A stretch of 64,000 nt of DNA, taken from NCBI RefSeq assembly GCF_009914755.1, contig NC_060947.1; one strand, given 5' to 3'. This document shows, one piece after another, positions 56,979 through 64,000 of this stretch. Position 1 is the stretch's first letter. Each line of letters begins with the position of its first letter. Under the pieces are notes generated by a model that did not search any database, had not been told where the DNA came from, and saw only the letters and a program-made list of their open reading frames with translations. The position numbers were made by a program, and so were the translations under genes. This DNA comes from the human T2T-CHM13v2.0 reference genome, Homo sapiens.

Positions 56979-57337
56979 TAGTAGTCCCCCTCCCCATCCA
57001 TGGTTTCACTTTCCACATTTCCAGTTACCCAAGGTCAACTATGGTCTGAAAATATTAAATGGAAAATTCCAGAAATAAATGTCGTAAGTTTTAAATTTTG
57101 TGCCATTTTGACATGATGAAATCTCGCAACATCCTACCACATTCTGCCCAAGACATGAATCATCCCTTTGTCCAGAGTATCCATGCTGTATATGCCTTTC
57201 GCCCATTAGTCACTTAGTAGCCATCTAGGTTGTCAGATCAAAAAACCATAGCATGTATAGGAGTTGGTACTATCCAAGATTTCAGGCACCCTTTGGGGTC
57301 TTGGAATGTATTCTCCATGGATCAAGGAGGACTACTT
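56979..57337 (+). mobile_element. MER44A-like Tigger MITE nested in the L1MC
   Basis: TIRs (T)AGTAGTCCCCC...GGAGGACTACT with TA on both sides. Confidence 0.8.
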
Positions 57338-59392
57338 TATGTTTAGTTTTGCAAGAAATTGACAAAGTGTCTTCCAAAGTAACTTACCGCTTTTATTCCC
57401 ACCAGCAGTGGATGAGTTTCTGTTGCTCCACATCCTTGCCAGCATTTGGTGTTGTCAGTGTTCTGTATTCTGGCCATTTTAATAGATGTGTAGTGCCAGC
57501 TCACTGTTGTTTTAACTTGCAATTCTCTAATGACATATGATGTTGGGCTTTCCATATGTTTATTTGTCATCTGTATCCATCTGTATATCTTCTTTGGTGA
57601 GGTGTCCACATATTTAGTCCATTTTCAAATCATGTTTTTTTTTTTCTCATTGCTGAGTTTTAAGAGTTGTTTGTATATTTTGGATAATAGTACTTTATAT
57701 GTTATGTCTTCTGCAAATATTTTCTCACAGTCTGTGGCTTGACTTCTCATATTCTTGACAGTGTATTTTGCTGAGTAGGAGTTTATAATATTAAATCCAG
57801 CTTATCAGTCCTTTCATGAATCATACCTTTGGTGTTATAACTAAAACTCATTACCATATTAGAGGTCATGTAGATTTTTTCCTATGTTCTAGGAGTTTTA
57901 TAGTTTTGTATTTTACATTTAGGTATATGATCCATTTTGAGATTTTTATGAAGGGTGTAAGGCCATATCTAGATTCATTTTTTTTTCATGTGGATGTCCA
58001 GTTGTTCCAGCATCATTTGTTGAAAAGTCTATCTTCATTGTTTTGCCTTTGCTCCTTTGTCAAAGATCAGTTGACGATATGGATATACCTCTCTATTCTG
58101 TTACATTTACCTGTTTGTCCATTCTTTTGCCACTGTCTTTATTACTGTAGTTTAATAGTAATTCTTGAAATTAGGTAGTGTCAGTCCACCAACTTTGGTG
58201 TTCTACAATATTGTCTTGGCTATTCTGTATCTGCTGCCTCTCCATATAAACTTTAGAATCAGTTGTTTTTTAAAAAAAAAAATTCACAATATCACTTGCT
58301 GGGATTTTGATTGGGGTTGCACTGAATTCGTAGATCAAGTTGGAAAGAACTGATATCTTGAGACTATCGAGTCTTCCTATTCGTGAACATGGGATATCTT
58401 TCCATTTATTTAGTCTTGATTTTTTTCACCAGAGTTTTGTGGTTTTCCCAATGGAGATCTTGCTCATCGCTGATATATAGGAAAAGAATTGACTTTTATT
58501 TATTAACCTTGTATCCTGTAACCTTACTATTATCACTTATTAGTTCCAGGAGATTTTATTTAAAACAATCAATTCTTTGGAATTTTTCTACATAGACAAT
58601 CATGTCATGTGTGAACAAAAACAGTTTTATTTCTTCCTTCCCAATTGGTATACCTTTTGTTTCCTTTCCTTGTCTTATCACATAAGATGGGATTTTCAGT
58701 ATGATTTTGAAAAGGAGTGGTGAGAGGGGACATCCTTGCCTTTTTTCTGAGCTTAGAGGGAATGCTTCAAGTCTTGCACCATTAAGTATGATGTCAACTG
58801 TAGTGTTTTTATAGATGCCTTTTTCCATTTGAGTGAGTTCCCATCTATTCCTAGTTTGCTGAGAGTTTTTTTTTTTTTAAATCATGAATCAGTGTTGGAT
58901 TTTGTTAAGTGCTTTTTCTGAATATATGGATATCATTGTGTAAATTTTCCCTTTTGGCCTGTTGATGTTCTGGAGTACATTAATTGGTTTTCGAATATTG
59001 AACCAGCCTTGCATACTTGTCATACATCTCACTTGATCATAGCGTATAATTTTTTTATATATGGTTGGTGGATACAATTGATAATATTTTGTTGAGGATT
59101 TTTCAATCTGTGTTTATGGTAGATATTGGTCTGTAGTTTTCTTTTCTAGTAATGTCTTTGTCTGGTTTTGGTTTTAGGGTAATTCTGACCTCATAGTATT
59201 GCCTTGGCTTCTAACTTCAGGAGAAATTGTAGAGAACTGGTATAGTTTATTCCTTAAGTGTTCGGTAGAATTCAGCGGTAAACCCATCTGGGTGTGGTGC
59301 TTTCTGTTTTGCAGGTTATTATTGTTTCAATTTCTTTAGTATAGTCCTATTCACATTGTCTATTTCTTGTGTGAATTTTGGCAGATTGTATC

Positions 59393-59451
59393 TTTCAAGG
59401 AATTGGTCCATTTCAAGGAATTGGTCCATTTCAAGGAATTGGTCCATTTCA
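59393..59451 (+). repeat. Perfect 3x tandem repeat of the 18-mer TTTCAAGGAATTGGTCCA
   Basis: Units at 59393, 59411 and 59429, plus a trailing TTTCA. Confidence 0.97.
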
Positions 59452-60598
59452 TCTAGCTTATCAAATTTGTGGGGATAAAATTGTTCATAATATTCCTTTA
59501 TTATCCTTTTAATGTCCATGGGATCTGTAGTGATGTCCTTTCTTTCATTTCTGATAATAATTTGTGTCCCCTCTCTTCTTTTCTTAATTACCCTGGCAAG
59601 TTTATTGAATTCATTGATCTTTTCAAAAAACCAGCCTTTGGTTTCATTTATTTTTCCCTATTGATTTTCTGTTTTCAGTTTCACTGATTTCTGCTTCAAT
59701 TGTATTATTTCTTTTCTCCTATTTACTTCAGGTTTAATTTGCTCTTCTTTTTCTAATTTCCTAGGATGGAAACTTAGATGATTGATTTCAGATCTTTCTT
59801 TTTTTCTAATGTATGCATTCAAGCTATAAATTTCCCTCTAAGCACTACTTTTGCTGCATCCCACAAATTGTGACAAGTTGTATTTTAATTTTCACTTAGT
59901 TCAAAATATGTTTTTAATTTCTCTTGGGATTTTTTTCTTCAATAATCCATGTGTTATTTAAAGGTATGTAGTTTAATCTCTACATATATGGGGGAATTCC
60001 AGCTATCCTTCTGTAATTGTTTTCTAGTTTAATTCCACTGTAGTCTGAGAGCTGACATTGCATAATTTCTATTCTTTTACATTTGTTAAGATATGTTTTA
60101 TGTCCCAGAATATGATCTGTCTTGGTGCATATTCCACATGAGCTTGAGAAAAATGTGTAATTTTCTGTTGTTGGACGAAGTAGTTTATATATGTCAGTAA
60201 TACCCAGTTAATTGATGGTACTATCAAAGCTGTTGAGTTCAGCCATTTCCTTACTGATTGTCTTCAAATAACACTATACCCCTTCATGGGTACAACCTCT
60301 TTGTATTGCAACACCTTTCCTACAATGGCAAAGTGATTTGGTTATCCTGAAAACCTGAGGGACCATAGAAATAATGTTGCCATTGCAAGTTGCTTTTTGA
60401 ATCTCCTAAGGAAATAACTGTATGTCAAACCTTAGTTCAGCATTTACTGAACACCTTTGGTATGTAAGGGGTGTGTGTGCTAGCTTTACCTTTTGTAAAT
60501 TAGCGACATAATTACTTCTCAAGATGTCATTGGGCATAATGAAATGAGAATCAAAGTGCCACAGGGCTGGGGTAATCATAGCTCTTAAAAATGCTCAA

Positions 60599-60918
<320 letters not shown>

Positions 60919-62574
60919 TTATTGTGGGGTAATAATTGGTATAGTTATTTTCAACCTCATTCAAATACCGATGATGAGTTTTTGATAGCACTTGTTATCT
61001 TCTTGAAAGGCTTGCAAATTAAATGCACTAGAATTAAAATAACAATTTCACAATTTGAACTTTTAGGTACATTTTTTCAGTGCCTCAGAATTCGTAACCT
61101 ATTATTTCTTTGGGAGAACATGTTATATTTTAATCTTTGAGTTGGAGTAAGTTGTCTGTGGTCTATTTCTTCCCTTCTTTCAAAACTGTGTCTGAGATGT
61201 GTGTTGTTTTCTGGAGTCCTAGTTAACAAAACACCTCCTTTTTCAGTGACAAAGCCTTGTTACTGAAAGCACTTTATGTTCTGTGAATCTCCTCCAATCT
61301 GTCCCCAGTGTGCTTGTTCTTTGTGGTTTGGTTTCTAATATTATGCATTCCAATTTTGTAAAAAAATCTATATGAGTAACTTGCCACAGTAATCCTCTCT
61401 GACATGTTTGCTTCAGGGAAAAAGCAGGAAAAGTCAGAAACGTAAGCCTAGGTTTAAAATTTGCTGTCGCTGCAAAAAAGTGAATAGAATATATTCCAAG
61501 TTTCTTTTTCTGTATTAGTATTACCTATGGGACCAGAATAATTATTTTGGCAAGGATATAGTTAATTTCCTGTGTAATTTTATCCTGCTTCAGTATCTTA
61601 GTCATTTTTCCTTTGATTTCTCAAAAAAATTATAGAAGTAAAAAAAGAAATTTAGTTATTTAGGTTTATAAACAGTCTAAAAATACAAATATTTTTGTTG
61701 CATTAAATATGAACTATAGTATAAAATAAATACATGTGCTCTTTGAATTTTAAACTTCCTTTAACTTATAATGCAAATAGTAGATATTAATATGTACTTT
61801 TTTATATATTTCATTCTCTAAACTATGAATGTTAACACGGTTTATATACTTGACCTTTGCAAAGTTTTGAACAGTCCACTCCTACTGCTGTTGTTCTAGC
61901 ATTATTTCCTTCCTAATATGGTAGTCATTTTTTTTTTTTTAACTTTTCTCCCCAGTCATTTCTGGCCTGTCCTTAACCCAAGTCTGCCCATCCACAGATA
62001 TTGAAAGCTTCCAACCTTCAGGAACTACCCTTCACATTACTCCTAGAAAGCCCCATCTAGCCCTACAGATCAAACTGTTCACTTTCAAAGGTTGTTTGTG
62101 CCTAACCTTTCTTCTGTTTTTTCTGTTTGCATTCCTCATTTGCATTTCAGTTCTTCACCTTTTAACTGAGGCTAGTTTTCTGCCAGAATCTCAGCCCCAT
62201 TTAACCAGGGGTCAGACCATCATATTGTCTTTGTCTACTTGGTTTCTGGTTGGTTCCCACTACCAGGAACCAGGATGCTGAATATCCCTAGAATCCTTAC
62301 CGTTGGAGTGGGTGGACTCTAGTCTACTTCAACTGGGGCTGTCAAGAGGAAAAAGGTGTCAGAGTCCTCAGCAGACTGGGAGGGGGCCTGGAGCAAATCC
62401 TGTGTTAAAATGGGATTTTGTTTTTTCCTCTGCGACCCAAACCCACTCTTGACAGTTCTCTTCTTCACATGAGAGTATAGTGATTGTTCGTTATTCAGAA
62501 GATTGCCCAAATTATTTTTTCCTCTCATCTGTTGAGCAATTCCTGGCCATATGGATTATCTTCCTTAGTAATAA

Positions 62575-62790
62575 TACGAATGACAACAATAATAATAACC
62601 ATTCTATGTTGCACTAGATATTTTATTTTTATCATTTTTATTACCCTGTAAGATATATGGCTTTTATCTCCATTTTCTAGTAAGTACATTGCAGTTCAAA
62701 GAGTTTAAGTGCCCAAGCTCACTTTGGAGGTATACAGTAGAACTGAAATATCAAATCAGGTTTCTCTGACATTACAGCATGGAGCTTTTT
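62575..62790 (-). mobile_element. MIR
   Basis: TTTTATCTCCATTTTCTAG...AGAGTTTAAGTGCCCAAGCTCAC. Confidence 0.55.
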
Positions 62791-64000
62791 TTTTAGGAGA
62801 CCCGTTGCATGAAGCATAGTTTTGGGCTGTCTCTTCTCATTCTCAGTTTCATACAGTAAGACTTTGTGTTTACGAAGATAAAATATATATTGAGGATTTA
62901 CTATGCATGCATTTCATGCATCTAGCATTATGATCTAACATGGATTAGTGCTTGATGAATATTAACTAAAGGAATGAGAGGAGACTCTAAATTTGTTAGA
63001 AAGGGTAATCTCCCTGTGCTTAACACAGTGGCAGGCATATGGTTGGTGCTAAAAAATATTTGTTGAATTGATGAGATCACCTACTCAGGTATTGTTGAAT
63101 TAATGATATTATCCACTATATCTTTCCATTAAAAGAGATGACTGTGAATTTAAATAGCTGAGCCATTGATCCAGTTGTCTAGTAAAGGAAAAGATCAGTT
63201 TAAATGGATGTTTTTTCCTTTGGATGCCTGAAAGTGTACTTGGTATCATATAATGAATTCTGCTTCCAAAAGAAGGCTGTCACTTACTTGTTTCATCTTA
63301 CTTGACCTTTCACTCATTCACCCCCCAAAACTTCTTCCTTGACTTTTGCCTCTTCCCTGGATAATGCCATTAATTCCCACAACTTCCACCTCATTCTTCA
63401 CACTGAAAATTCTCACATCTGTACCCAGTCAAAATTTTTCCCTGAAGATCCAGAGGCATATACATGACTGCCTACCTTAAAGTAAACTGTCTAAAACAGA
63501 ACTTCTCCCCCTACCTAACACCCCACCTATATGTCTGCTTTTTCTCCTTTTTTTTCTCATTTTGTTAAATAGTGAAGGAGGCCCTGTATTTGGGATAAAG
63601 ACTTCTGGATCCTGGGTATAAACAGGAATGTGACCACATGGGATTCCCTTTGCCACTCCTTTGGAGAAATCACAGTCCTGGTGCTAGAGTTAGGACCCCT
63701 ATATTAAGGAGCTAATGGTAGTCTATATCACCCCCTCCAAAAAAGTTTCTGCTTTTTTTTGCTTTTCTGTTAACCATCTACTCCTCCTTGCTGATACAAG
63801 CAGGGATGATAAGAAAGTGAGCCCTCTTTCTCATTACCTCCTTTTCTCAAGCATATGTGAGAGAATGCAATCTGATTATCATTTATAGGCTCTCATCCCA
63901 AACTTATTTTAAATGCAAATCTTGAGATTAAAACCATTTTATCTTTTATCTAACATTGGATTGACTGCAATAATCATGTGATTTCATAGATTACTTTGAG

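Larger units (their letters stand above)
56270..60262 (-). mobile_element. L1MC-like fragment (about 4 kb), antisense to the putative host gene
   Basis: 3' end TTTTTTAGAGCAGTGTTAGGTTCA...AAAGTACAGAGAGTTC. ORF2 remnants at 58556-58828 (RQGCPLSP) and 59319-59519. Confidence 0.88.

Noticed and set aside
59393-59451. Direct repeats as a CRISPR-like array
   Set aside because: No spacers, primate DNA, simple tandem duplication.

Overview
Primate (human-like) genomic DNA, dominated by interspersed repeats: L1 of several ages, AluY/S/J, ERV/MaLR solo LTRs, DNA transposons, L2/MIR/CR1. It contains no protein-coding exon I can recognise. The ORF-track proteins that resemble known proteins are decayed L1 ORF1/ORF2 (and ORF0); the rest look like Alu or chance ORFs. 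The main functional landmark is a CpG-island promoter at about 48.4-49.7 kb (GC boxes, NRF1-like motif, GC-skew flip). It has a + strand non-coding first exon ending at a GTGAGT donor (48934), so 48.9-64 kb is most likely the start of intron 1 of a gene I cannot name from this sequence. The first 48 kb is upstream DNA containing the 5' end of a minus-strand L1PA, a 3.3-kb truncated L1PA, a roughly 7.6-kb near full-length L1MA and several solo LTRs, two with perfect TSDs. The best leads are a broken but read-through L1 ORF0 frame, a chain of minus-strand splice and polyA signals suggesting a divergent spliced lncRNA, a possible upstream alternative first exon, a two-helix smORF, and several template-switch or slippage scars. 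None shows a new biological system; all are hypotheses. Repeat subfamily names come from recalled consensus sequences, and boundaries without TSDs are approximate.
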